Source of the DNA: Prochlorococcus sp. AG-363-N16
GTDB taxonomy: Bacteria > Cyanobacteriota > Cyanobacteriia > PCC-6307 > Cyanobiaceae
NCBI GenBank assembly: GCA_003280135.1
Contig: QCFW01000002.1
Location: 40,594 to 104,593 of the forward strand
Direction: 5' to 3'
Length of the DNA stretch: 64,000 nt
In this document: in pieces, positions 55,092 through 64,000 of the stretch
Layout of the letters: every line of letters starts with the position of its first letter
How positions within the stretch are numbered: the stretch's first letter is position 1
Made by a program: the position numbers and the translations under genes
The notes under the pieces: generated by a model
Databases searched by the model: none
Told to the model about the DNA's origin: nothing
The model's input: only the letters and a program-made list of their open reading frames with translations

Positions 55092-55849
55092 TGGCATCAT
55101 TTAATCCAAAAGCAACGATTCTGGTTGTTGATGATGAACCAGCTGTTTTAAAAGTTCTGGTTACGCGCCTTGAATTAGCTGGTTATCAAGTTATTTCTGC
55201 TAAAGATGGCGAAGAAGCTCTAGAAGTTTTTCATAGAGAGTCGCCAGATTTAGTAGTACTGGATGTCATGCTCCCTAAGCTTGACGGTTTTGCAGTATGC
55301 AGACGAATTAGAGCAGAATCACTTGTTCCAATCATTTTCCTAAGTGCCTTGGAAGCGATCTCTGAGCGCGTAGCAGGCCTTGACTTAGGTGCCGATGATT
55401 ATTTGTCCAAACCATTCAGTCCAAAGGAGCTAGAGGCGAGAATAGCCACGATTCTGCGAAGGATGGGACCAGGAGCACCGGTGTCTTCTGAGCCGAGAGA
55501 GGTTCCAGTAGGACAAGGTGTAATGAAATTGGGAGATTTGGTTGTAGATACAAACAGAAGGCAAGTCAGTCGTGGAGGCGAAAGAATTGGTTTAACCTAT
55601 ACAGAATTTAGTTTGCTTGAATTACTCTTTCGAGATCCAGGCAAAGTAGTACCTAGAGCAGAAATCCTAGAACAACTTTGGGGTTATCCGCCAAGAAGAG
55701 CTGCTGACTTACGAGTGGTAGATGTTTATGTAGCGCGTTTAAGAGGAAAGCTTGAACCAGATCCTAGAAATCCAGAATTAATCCTTACTGTTAGAGGTAT
55801 AGGATACTCATCTCAAAGAGTAGGAGAATTTCCTACTGTTGTTGCTTGA
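55091..55849 (+). CDS. OmpR-family two-component response regulator (orphan; RpaB/Ycf27-related but not the canonical RpaB sequence)
   Basis: Receiver domain ILVVDDEPAV...DLVVLDVMLPKLDG...KPFSPKELEARI and a winged-helix output domain (LTYTEFSLLELL...VDVYVARLRGKLE...TVRGIGY). No histidine kinase lies within the window. Confidence 0.92.
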   Translation: MASFNPKATILVVDDEPAVLKVLVTRLELAGYQVISAKDGEEALEVFHRESPDLVVLDVMLPKLDGFAVCRRIRAESLVPIIFLSALEAISERVAGLDLGADDYLSKPFSPKELEARIATILRRMGPGAPVSSEPREVPVGQGVMKLGDLVVDTNRRQVSRGGERIGLTYTEFSLLELLFRDPGKVVPRAEILEQLWGYPPRRAADLRVVDVYVARLRGKLEPDPRNPELILTVRGIGYSSQRVGEFPTVVA

Positions 55850-55916
55850 GAAAACTTGCTTTTAATAAGCGGAATTAAAAACTACTCTCAATATGATTTA
55901 GTTTTGTGATTTTATT

Positions 55917-57425
55917 TTGTCTGAATTAAGAGACACTCGATTAGAGAAGGCCAAGCAGTTAGAAGCTCTTGGTAATGGTCCTTATGCTTTCAGGTTTGAC
56001 TCAACCCATAAAGCAGCTCAATTAAAAATTGAACATCAAGACTTGCCTAAAGGAGAGGAGCGGGAAGTTGATGTTTGTCTTGCTGGCAGAGTTATTGCCA
56101 AACGTGTGATGGGGAAACTTGCTTTCTTTACTTTGGCTGATGAAAGTGGCTCTATTCAATTGTTCATTGAAAAACTGACTTTAGAGAAATTTTCTCTTAA
56201 GGAAAACGGATCTAGTCCTTTTACTGAAATTGGTGATTTAGTTGACTCCGGAGATTGGATAGGAGTGAAAGGTATTTTGAGAAGAACTGATCGCGGAGAA
56301 TTATCGATAAAAGTTTTTACATGGCAAATGCTTTCTAAGTCTCTCCAACCCTTACCTGATAAATGGCATGGATTGGCAGATGTTGAAAAGCGTTATAGAC
56401 AACGTTATTTAGATTTAATTGTCAATCCAAACTCTCGTAAAACTTTCAGACGAAGAGCTTTGATGGTGAGTGCAATTAGGCGATGGTTAGATGAAAAAGA
56501 TTTTTTAGAAATAGAAACACCTGTTTTACAGGCTGAAGCTGGGGGGGCCGATGCGAGACCATTTATTACTCATCACAACACTTTGGATTTGCCTCTTTTC
56601 CTAAGGATTGCCACTGAATTGCATCTCAAAAGATTAGTGGTTGGAGGCTTTGAAAGAGTTTATGAATTAGGTCGTATTTTTAGAAATGAGGGCATAAGTA
56701 CTAGGCATAATCCTGAATTTACTTCGGTAGAAATTTATCAAGCTTTTGCTGATTATCGAGACATGATGGATTTAACTGAAGAGTTAATTTCTTCAGTTTG
56801 TTTGCAAATCTGTGGAACAACAAAAATTGAATATCAAGGGCAAAAGATTGATCTCACTCCACCTTGGAAAAAAATAAGTATGAATGAATTAGTTATGCAA
56901 GAAACTGGACTCGATTTTAAAAAATTTGGAGATGATTTAAATCAGGCAAAAGCCGCTATGCAAGAAAAAGGTTTACATATTTCTGAGACAGTAGATTCTT
57001 TAGGACGCTTGTTGAATGAGGCTTTTGAGCAGTCAGTAGAAGCAAAACTAGTTCAACCAACTTTTGTGATTGATTATCCTGTCGAGATTTCTCCCCTAGC
57101 TAGAAAACATAGAAAGGAGAAAGGTCTTGTTGAAAGGTTTGAGCTTTTTATTGCAGGAAGAGAAACTGCAAATGCCTTTAGTGAGCTTATTGATCCAATT
57201 GATCAACGTGAACGTCTTGTTTTACAACAGTTTCGAAGACAGGCTGGAGATCTTGAAGCCCAAGTAATTGATGAAGACTTTATTAATGCTCTTGAAGTAG
57301 GAATGCCTCCAACAGGAGGATTAGGCATAGGAATTGACCGTTTGGTGATGCTCCTTACAGACAGTCCTTCGATTAGAGATGTGATTGCTTTTCCATTACT
57401 TAAACCAGAGTCCGGTTCTCAGTAA
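55917..57425 (+). CDS. lysS: Lysine--tRNA ligase (class II)
   Basis: 502 aa with an OB anticodon-binding domain, class II motifs ([20 protein letters not shown]) and [15 protein letters not shown] start gives [12 protein letters not shown]. Confidence 0.96.
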   Translation: MSELRDTRLEKAKQLEALGNGPYAFRFDSTHKAAQLKIEHQDLPKGEEREVDVCLAGRVIAKRVMGKLAFFTLADESGSIQLFIEKLTLEKFSLKENGSSPFTEIGDLVDSGDWIGVKGILRRTDRGELSIKVFTWQMLSKSLQPLPDKWHGLADVEKRYRQRYLDLIVNPNSRKTFRRRALMVSAIRRWLDEKDFLEIETPVLQAEAGGADARPFITHHNTLDLPLFLRIATELHLKRLVVGGFERVYELGRIFRNEGISTRHNPEFTSVEIYQAFADYRDMMDLTEELISSVCLQICGTTKIEYQGQKIDLTPPWKKISMNELVMQETGLDFKKFGDDLNQAKAAMQEKGLHISETVDSLGRLLNEAFEQSVEAKLVQPTFVIDYPVEISPLARKHRKEKGLVERFELFIAGRETANAFSELIDPIDQRERLVLQQFRRQAGDLEAQVIDEDFINALEVGMPPTGGLGIGIDRLVMLLTDSPSIRDVIAFPLLKPESGSQ

Positions 57426-57480
57426 TCGGAAAATGAACCATCACAGTGGATAATGGATCGAATATAAATGTAATTTTCAG

Positions 57481-57738
57481 ATGAGTGGTGAGCGAGTGGG
57501 TTTCCGTTTTAAGCATGCTGATGCTGTGGTCAAGCGCAATCCGCAGGGCCGTTCAAGGCGCGGCTGGGTTATGGAACCCGTAGAACAAACAACAAGTAGA
57601 GGCACAAAGATGCCTGCTTATCGAATTCGATGGAGAGATAGTGAACGTCCTGAAATAGTTTTGCAACATATGTTGATTGCTGACCCTGATCCAAGTCCAC
57701 CACCTGAAAACGTTAGTCTTGAGCCACCAAAAGCTTAA
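57481..57738 (+). CDS. Hypothetical small basic protein, GC-rich relative to surroundings
   Basis: 85-codon ATG ORF rich in Arg, Gly and Pro (…YRIRWRDSERPEIV…DPDPSPPPEN). I recognise no family. Confidence 0.55.
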   Translation: MSGERVGFRFKHADAVVKRNPQGRSRRGWVMEPVEQTTSRGTKMPAYRIRWRDSERPEIVLQHMLIADPDPSPPPENVSLEPPKA

Positions 57739-57794
57739 AAGTTTTTGAATTTTTGTGAAGATCGTCTGTTTTTCAATTCTTGAGTTGAAATCAA

Positions 57795-58022
57795 TTAATT
57801 TTTTGCTGGCTTTGTTATAAGTGGTTTTTCTACCTCCGCTTTTAAAGCTTTAATTGCATTGTATTTTGATTGAAGAAAAATTTTTGTAAGTTTTGCGATA
57901 TCCCCTTCCTTCATTTCAATATTCGCTATTCGAGAAAAAGCTTTTAAATAAGTTTCTTCCAGTTCCTTAATGAGTTGCAGTCTTTCAGATTGCATTATCT
58001 TGCGTTGTTCTTCGCGTGACAT
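57795..58022 (-). CDS. Hypothetical small helical protein
   Basis: 75-codon ATG ORF, 22 nt downstream of smpB on the same strand. The composition is heptad-like and charged. Confidence 0.45.
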   Translation of the reverse strand: MSREEQRKIMQSERLQLIKELEETYLKAFSRIANIEMKEGDIAKLTKIFLQSKYNAIKALKAEVEKPLITKPAKN

Positions 58023-58044
58023 AGTAGACTAACTTTTTTTTATT

Positions 58045-58542
58045 TTAAAGCCGAGCGATTGCTTTTTTTATTTCTTTATTTTGTTCTTTTCTTTTTTCAT
58101 TTTCTCTTTTGTCATGAAGTTTTCGCCCTTTACCTAGACCGATTAATATTTTTATCCATGAACCTTTTAAATGAATACTTAAAGGTATAAGTGATAACCC
58201 TTTTTTATTAACTTTACCATCTAGCTTTTCAATTTCTTTGCGATGAGCCAATAGTTTTCTTACCCTTAGCGGATCATGATTAAAAAAAGATCCAGCGTTT
58301 TTTATGCGAGCTATATGTACGTTATGCAGATGTAATTCTCCTTTGCGAATTAAACAAAAACCATCTCTTAAATTTGTATTTCCTGCTCGAATTGACTTTA
58401 CTTCAGTTCCTAAAAGCTCTATTCCAGTTTCAAGTGTTTCTAAAATTTCATATTGGAATTTTGCATATCGATTCTCTGCGAGGCGTTTATTGGCATTGCC
58501 TCGCTCCAGTTTTGCAGTTTTTTTATTTTTGGATTTAGACAT
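58045..58542 (-). CDS. smpB: SsrA-binding protein SmpB
   Basis: 165 aa from ATG 58542 with [27 protein letters not shown] and a basic C-terminal tail. The longer ORF to 58599 is unlikely. Confidence 0.93.
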   Translation of the reverse strand: MSKSKNKKTAKLERGNANKRLAENRYAKFQYEILETLETGIELLGTEVKSIRAGNTNLRDGFCLIRKGELHLHNVHIARIKNAGSFFNHDPLRVRKLLAHRKEIEKLDGKVNKKGLSLIPLSIHLKGSWIKILIGLGKGRKLHDKRENEKRKEQNKEIKKAIARL

Positions 58543-58592
58543 CTCCCTTAATTTATAGATTGAGATTGCAAAAACGTTCTTATTCTTTATGC

Positions 58593-59648
58593 ATGGCAAT
58601 ATTGTCTTCTAATTCTGAGAACTCTACTTCCCAAGCTATTAAAGGGAAAGAAAGATTGCTTGACCCTGCCCCAATCCATGAAGAAATCAAGTCTTTTAGA
58701 GAAGATTCGTTAAGACCACGAGCTTTAGCAGAATTTATAGGGCAATCAGATCTCATAGAAGTTATGCGAATTTCTGTGCAGGCTGCTATTGCAAGAGAAG
58801 AATCACTTGATCACGTTTTGTTATATGGCCCTCCAGGACTAGGTAAAACAACAATGGCCTTGGTTCTAGCGAATGAATTGGGTGTCGAATGTCGCATTAC
58901 TAGTGCACCTGCTTTAGAGAGACCTCGAGACATAGTTGGTCTACTGATGAATTTAAAATCCAATGATTTGTTGTTTATTGATGAGATTCATAGACTTTCC
59001 AAAGTTGCAGAAGAGCTTTTATATCCAGCATTAGAAGATTTTCGATTGGATCTCACTGTAGGTAAATCATCAACCGCACGGACCAGAGCAATCAAATTAC
59101 CTCCTTTTACATTGATTGCCGCTACGACAAGACCAGCGGCCATCAGCTCTCCTTTAAGAGATCGTTTTGGAATTACGCAAAGGTTCGAATTCTATAGCTT
59201 CGAAGATCTTCAGAAAATTACTGAACGGACTGCAAAGATTTTGAATTTGATATTAACTAAAGAAGCTAGTTTAGAAATTGCAAGAAGATGTAGAGGTACG
59301 CCTAGAATAGCTAATAGACTTCTGCGCAGAGTGAGAGATTATGCAACTGTTCAATCTCAAGAAAACTTCATTGACTATGATTTAGTGAATGATTCTTTAA
59401 AACTTCATAAAGTAGATCAATGTGGATTAGATCAATTTGATAGGAGATTACTTAAAATGCTTTTAGAAATTAATAATGGAGGTCCTGTAGGTTTAGATAC
59501 TTTGTCTGCTGCGTTAGGTGAGGATGCGGCAACTTTAGAATCAGTAGTAGAACCTTTTCTTTTGCAAATTGGCTTTTTAAAAAGAACACCGAGAGGTAGA
59601 ATCTTGACTGATAAAGGAAGAAACCATATTGACTGTGAGATTAAATAA
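58593..59648 (+). CDS. ruvB: Holliday junction branch migration helicase RuvB
   Basis: [12 protein letters not shown], Walker [18 protein letters not shown] and [17 protein letters not shown] prefer ATG 58593. Confidence 0.96.
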   Translation: MAILSSNSENSTSQAIKGKERLLDPAPIHEEIKSFREDSLRPRALAEFIGQSDLIEVMRISVQAAIAREESLDHVLLYGPPGLGKTTMALVLANELGVECRITSAPALERPRDIVGLLMNLKSNDLLFIDEIHRLSKVAEELLYPALEDFRLDLTVGKSSTARTRAIKLPPFTLIAATTRPAAISSPLRDRFGITQRFEFYSFEDLQKITERTAKILNLILTKEASLEIARRCRGTPRIANRLLRRVRDYATVQSQENFIDYDLVNDSLKLHKVDQCGLDQFDRRLLKMLLEINNGGPVGLDTLSAALGEDAATLESVVEPFLLQIGFLKRTPRGRILTDKGRNHIDCEIK

Positions 59649-60130
59649 TGAAAGCAAGAAAGATGTATGTTTTTATTATACTTATATATATAATATTTTT
59701 TATATATAAGCCAGTGCATTCAATTGCTTTAGAAAACATTAACTTCGAAAATAATGATGATAAAAAGCAAACAGTCATTCGACGAGATCAGAGAATAAAA
59801 ACTTTTTCAGAAGCATATAATTTGTCTTCACAATGTTCTTTTAGTGAAGAGTTTCTTAGCACTCTTATAAATTATCAATTAAATAAATTTGCTCAAGCAG
59901 AAGATAAGTTGCGAGACTTAATTAAAAGATATCCAATGTGCGGAGAGCCAAGAGCAGGGTTAACGGCTCTTTTGTGGCGGAAAGGTTTTATAGGAGAGGC
60001 AACAAGTAATTGGGCAGCAGCAGAAGGATTAGAAAGTAGCTGTGATGATTCCCAATGGATAATAATTAGCCAAGAGTGGCCTGAGAAACCTGCAGAAGAC
60101 CTGGCAAATTTCCTAGAATTTATAAAATGA
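59648..60130 (+). CDS. Hypothetical protein with N-terminal membrane anchor / signal
   Basis: 160 aa. The start overlaps the ruvB stop (TAATG) and the stop overlaps the next gene (ATGA). It has a hydrophobic N-terminus and possibly one TPR-like helix pair. Confidence 0.55.
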   Translation: MKARKMYVFIILIYIIFFIYKPVHSIALENINFENNDDKKQTVIRRDQRIKTFSEAYNLSSQCSFSEEFLSTLINYQLNKFAQAEDKLRDLIKRYPMCGEPRAGLTALLWRKGFIGEATSNWAAAEGLESSCDDSQWIIISQEWPEKPAEDLANFLEFIK

Positions 60131-61305
60131 ATTATTTGAATTCTTATACCGATTTGTTAAAAGTTTTTTTACCAGAATTATTAGAGATGAGGAGATATTT
60201 ACATTCGCATCCAGAATTGAGTGGTCAGGAATATCAGACTGCGGCTTTTGTTTCAGGTGAACTCAGAAAATATGGCTGGGAAGTTAAAGAAGGAGTTGGT
60301 GGAACTGGAATTACTGCGCAATTAGGCGAAGAAAATTCTGGGTTGGTGGGCTTAAGAGTTGATATGGATGCTTTGCCTGTTGAAGAAAAAACAGGTTTGC
60401 CTTATGCCTCATTAAATCAAGGTTTAATGCATGCTTGTGGTCATGATTTTCATACTTGTATTGGTTTGGGAGTCGCAAAAGTATTAGCAGGAGTCTCAAT
60501 TCAAAGAAAGGGAATTAGATTGATCTTTCAACCAGCTGAAGAAATCGCGGCAGGTGCGAAGTGGATGAAAGCGGATGGAGCATTAAAAGGATTATCTGCG
60601 ATTTTTGGCGTACATGTTTATCCAGATTTGAAAGTAGGTCAGATAGGAGTGAAAAATGGCATCTTGACAGCAGCAGCAGGCGAGTTGGAAATTGAAATCA
60701 TTGGGAATGGTGGTCATGGTGCAAGACCTCATGAAACAGTTGATTCAATATGGGTAGCCGCAAAAGTTGTTTCTGGGATACAAGAAGCTATTAGTCGAAA
60801 TTTAGATGCTCTTTCACCTGTAGTAATTAGTTTTGGCAAGATTAAAGGTGGCAAAGCGTTTAATGTGATCGCCGAAAGAGTAAAGCTTTTAGGAACAGTT
60901 CGTTGTTTAGATATGGATTTAACTCAGACTTTGCCTGATTGGATTGAATCTGTTGTTCAATCTATTGCTTCTAGTTTTGGGGCAAAGGCATTAGTAAAAT
61001 ATCGAGCCATTGTTCCTCCTGTTTATAACGACCCGTATTTGACTGATTTATTAGAAAGCTCTTCTATTCCATTATTGGGTCAAGATAATGTTGTTCGTTT
61101 GGAAAAACCCTCATTAGGTGCTGAGGACTTTGCGGAACTGTTAGAAGAAATTCCTGGAACAATGTTTCGTCTTGGTGTAAAGGGATCCTCAGGTTGTTCT
61201 CCTTTACATAATGGTTATTTTTTACCAGATGAAAATAGTCTTGAAATTGGGATTACTGTTTTAGTAAATACTTTGATTAGCTGGCTAGAAAAACAGCAAA
61301 ATTAA
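60127..61305 (+). CDS. M20-family amidohydrolase (N-acyl-L-amino-acid amidohydrolase / hippurate-hydrolase type)
   Basis: 392 aa with LHSHPELSGQE, MDALP, HACGHD and GGHGARPH motifs typical of the M20D/ILR1 family. Confidence 0.88.
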   Translation: MNYLNSYTDLLKVFLPELLEMRRYLHSHPELSGQEYQTAAFVSGELRKYGWEVKEGVGGTGITAQLGEENSGLVGLRVDMDALPVEEKTGLPYASLNQGLMHACGHDFHTCIGLGVAKVLAGVSIQRKGIRLIFQPAEEIAAGAKWMKADGALKGLSAIFGVHVYPDLKVGQIGVKNGILTAAAGELEIEIIGNGGHGARPHETVDSIWVAAKVVSGIQEAISRNLDALSPVVISFGKIKGGKAFNVIAERVKLLGTVRCLDMDLTQTLPDWIESVVQSIASSFGAKALVKYRAIVPPVYNDPYLTDLLESSSIPLLGQDNVVRLEKPSLGAEDFAELLEEIPGTMFRLGVKGSSGCSPLHNGYFLPDENSLEIGITVLVNTLISWLEKQQN

Positions 61306-61306
61306 C

Positions 61307-61522
61307 ATGAAGACGTATAAAGATACTTGGCTTTCCTTTGGAGCACCACTATTGATTTTACTTTCAATTTCAGGATTCCTTCAACGAAAAGGAAATGAAC
61401 GCGCTCAGGTTTTTCCTGCTTTTGCAATTGGATCTAGTTTAATTTTGAGTAGTGCTGTAGGTCATTGCTTAAAGAGAAAAAAATTATTATTTGAACTCAA
61501 AAAGAAAAATGATGATAATTAG
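61307..61522 (+). CDS. Hypothetical small membrane protein (two hydrophobic segments)
   Basis: 71-codon ATG ORF starting 1 nt after the amidohydrolase stop, with a Lys-rich C-terminus. Confidence 0.45.
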   Translation: MKTYKDTWLSFGAPLLILLSISGFLQRKGNERAQVFPAFAIGSSLILSSAVGHCLKRKKLLFELKKKNDDN

Positions 61523-61578
61523 AACTTTTAATCTAAAGATTTGAAGTTTTTTTTTAAAATTCTAGCTAGCTTGAATTA

Positions 61579-61700
61579 TCACTAGGGGTGCCTAAAAAAA
61601 ATCACCTTTTTAGGCTGAGATCACACCCTCTGAACCTGTGCTGATCTCTTTCGGGACAGGAAAGTGAAAGAGCGTGATCAGTTGTTGATAGTACCCCTAA
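61579..61700 (+). promoter_or_regulatory. TPP (THI-box) riboswitch in the thiC leader
   Basis: It has the conserved GGGGUGCC element. P3 is the hairpin CCTAAAAA/TTTTTAGG (61591-61598 / 61607-61614). These are followed by CUGAGA (61615-61620), ACCC, UGAACCUG and CAGGAAAG. P1 is CACT/AGTG (61580-61583 / 61663-61666). It lies directly upstream of thiC. Confidence 0.85.
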
Positions 61701-63122
<1,422 letters not shown>

Positions 63123-63182
63123 CAGTAAATAATTTCTTATAAATCCTTTTTTTCCTTTAATTTGATCTAATTAAAGAAAAGA

Positions 63183-64000
63183 TTAACCTAATAATCCGTT
63201 TGCTTTCTGTAAGACATTTTCTAATGTAAATCCAAATTCTTCCATGCATTTTCCACCAGGAGCAGATGCGCCAAATCCATTCATGGTAATACTGGCTCCA
63301 TCTAAGCCAATATACTTATGCCATCCAAAGCTTGCAGCTGCTTCTACGACAATTCTCTTTCTGACATTAGAAGGTAAAACTTCTTCTTTATATGCATCAG
63401 ATTGTTCTTCAAATAGTTCAACACAAGGCATTGAAACCACTCGAACTTTTTTGCCAATAGCTTTTAATTTATTTGCCGCTTGAACGCATAGATCCAGCTC
63501 ACTTCCAGTTCCGATAAAAATTAGATCAGGAGTACCTTTACAATCTTCAAGAATATATCCTCCTAAAGCTACTTTTTCGCTAGAAGAGTTAGCTTGATTT
63601 GCCATTCCTTGTCTACTAAGGCATAAAGCACTTGGCCGCTTACGATTTTGAACTGCCAGTTTATAACTCCCACTAGTCTCATTTCCATCACCAGGGCGGA
63701 AAACAAGCATATTTGGAATTGCTCTTAGAGATGGAATGGTTTCAATTGGCTGATGAGTGGGACCATCTTCTCCAACACCAATGGAATCATGCGTAAGTAC
63801 ATAAATTACGCCAAGTTCACTTAGTGCCGAGAGACGCATGGAGCCTCGCATGTAATCTGCAAAAACTAAGAAAGTTCCTCCATAAGGAATTAGTCCACTG
63901 TCGTGATAAGCGATACCATTTAAAATTGCCGCCATTGCATGCTCTCTTACACCAAAGTGCAAATAACGCTTTTCTGGTGTATCTGCTTGGTATGAACCAG
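63183..64000 (-). CDS. tkt: Transketolase, C-terminal part (5' end beyond window edge)
   Basis: ...RYLHFGVREHAMAAILNGIA... and THDSIGVGEDGPTHQP. The frame stays open to nt 64000, so the gene continues off the window. Confidence 0.95.
   Translation of the reverse strand, partial: GSYQADTPEKRYLHFGVREHAMAAILNGIAYHDSGLIPYGGTFLVFADYMRGSMRLSALSELGVIYVLTHDSIGVGEDGPTHQPIETIPSLRAIPNMLVFRPGDGNETSGSYKLAVQNRKRPSALCLSRQGMANQANSSSEKVALGGYILEDCKGTPDLIFIGTGSELDLCVQAANKLKAIGKKVRVVSMPCVELFEEQSDAYKEEVLPSNVRKRIVVEAAASFGWHKYIGLDGASITMNGFGASAPGGKCMEEFGFTLENVLQKANGLLG

Noticed and set aside
55091-55849. The response-regulator gene looks GC-richer than its neighbours, which could suggest horizontal acquisition.
   Set aside because: It is flanked by core genes (mreBCD, lysS) with no mobility genes, tRNA target or repeats. 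The higher GC is more simply explained by its amino-acid composition and strong conservation. I cannot compute GC or codon statistics here.
63151-63180. Hairpin CTTTAATT-tgatct-AATTAAAG between the convergent thiC and tkt genes, as a possible bidirectional terminator.
   Set aside because: The stem is almost entirely A-T (one G-C pair) and is not followed by a U-run on either strand, so it is too weak to call an intrinsic terminator.

Overview
This is an AT-rich, very gene-dense chromosomal segment with many gene overlaps of 1-16 nt and intergenic spacers mostly under 150 nt. The gene content points to a marine picocyanobacterium, most likely a Prochlorococcus-type streamlined genome. Supporting genes are psbZ, sqdB/sqdX for the sulfolipid SQDG, a ycf23-like gene, a PlmA-type GntR regulator, a long four-ACT aspartate kinase, RNase J, a group-2 sigma factor and an orphan OmpR-type response regulator. 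This assignment comes from reading the proteins, not from a database search. I call about 62 protein genes, almost all core housekeeping:
- glycine cleavage: gcvH, gcvP
- thiamine: thiG, thiC
- Asp-family amino-acid synthesis: lysC, asd, dapA
- proteostasis: tig, clpP, clpX
- replication and repair: dnaX, holA, ssb, gyrB, uvrB, mutS, mutY, ruvB
- translation: rplT, rpmI, infC, lysS, smpB, tilS, miaA, tsaE
- secretion and cell shape: secA, mreBCD

I also call one tRNA-Gly(GCC) and one TPP riboswitch ahead of thiC. I see no rRNA, CRISPR array, transposase, integrase, phage gene, toxin-antitoxin pair or recognisable defence gene, and no island-like break in gene content. I therefore do not find a convincing novel multi-gene system here; this looks like ordinary core genome. 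The leads worth a second look are small-scale:
1. An E. coli-like A AAA AAG -1 frameshift cassette in dnaX at the domain III/IV boundary.
2. An unexpectedly long 62-67 codon upstream ORF whose stop overlaps the start codon of the orphan response regulator.
3. A TPP riboswitch whose expression platform has no obvious terminator or Shine-Dalgarno (SD) sequence.
4. A 55-codon single-transmembrane (TM) ORF that is absent from the ORF track.
5. An Arg-rich C-terminal tail on RNase J.
6. A long imperfect hairpin in the gyrB leader.
7. Several divergent and convergent gene pairs that physically overlap.

All functional calls rest on motif and family recognition by eye. Start codons are best guesses.
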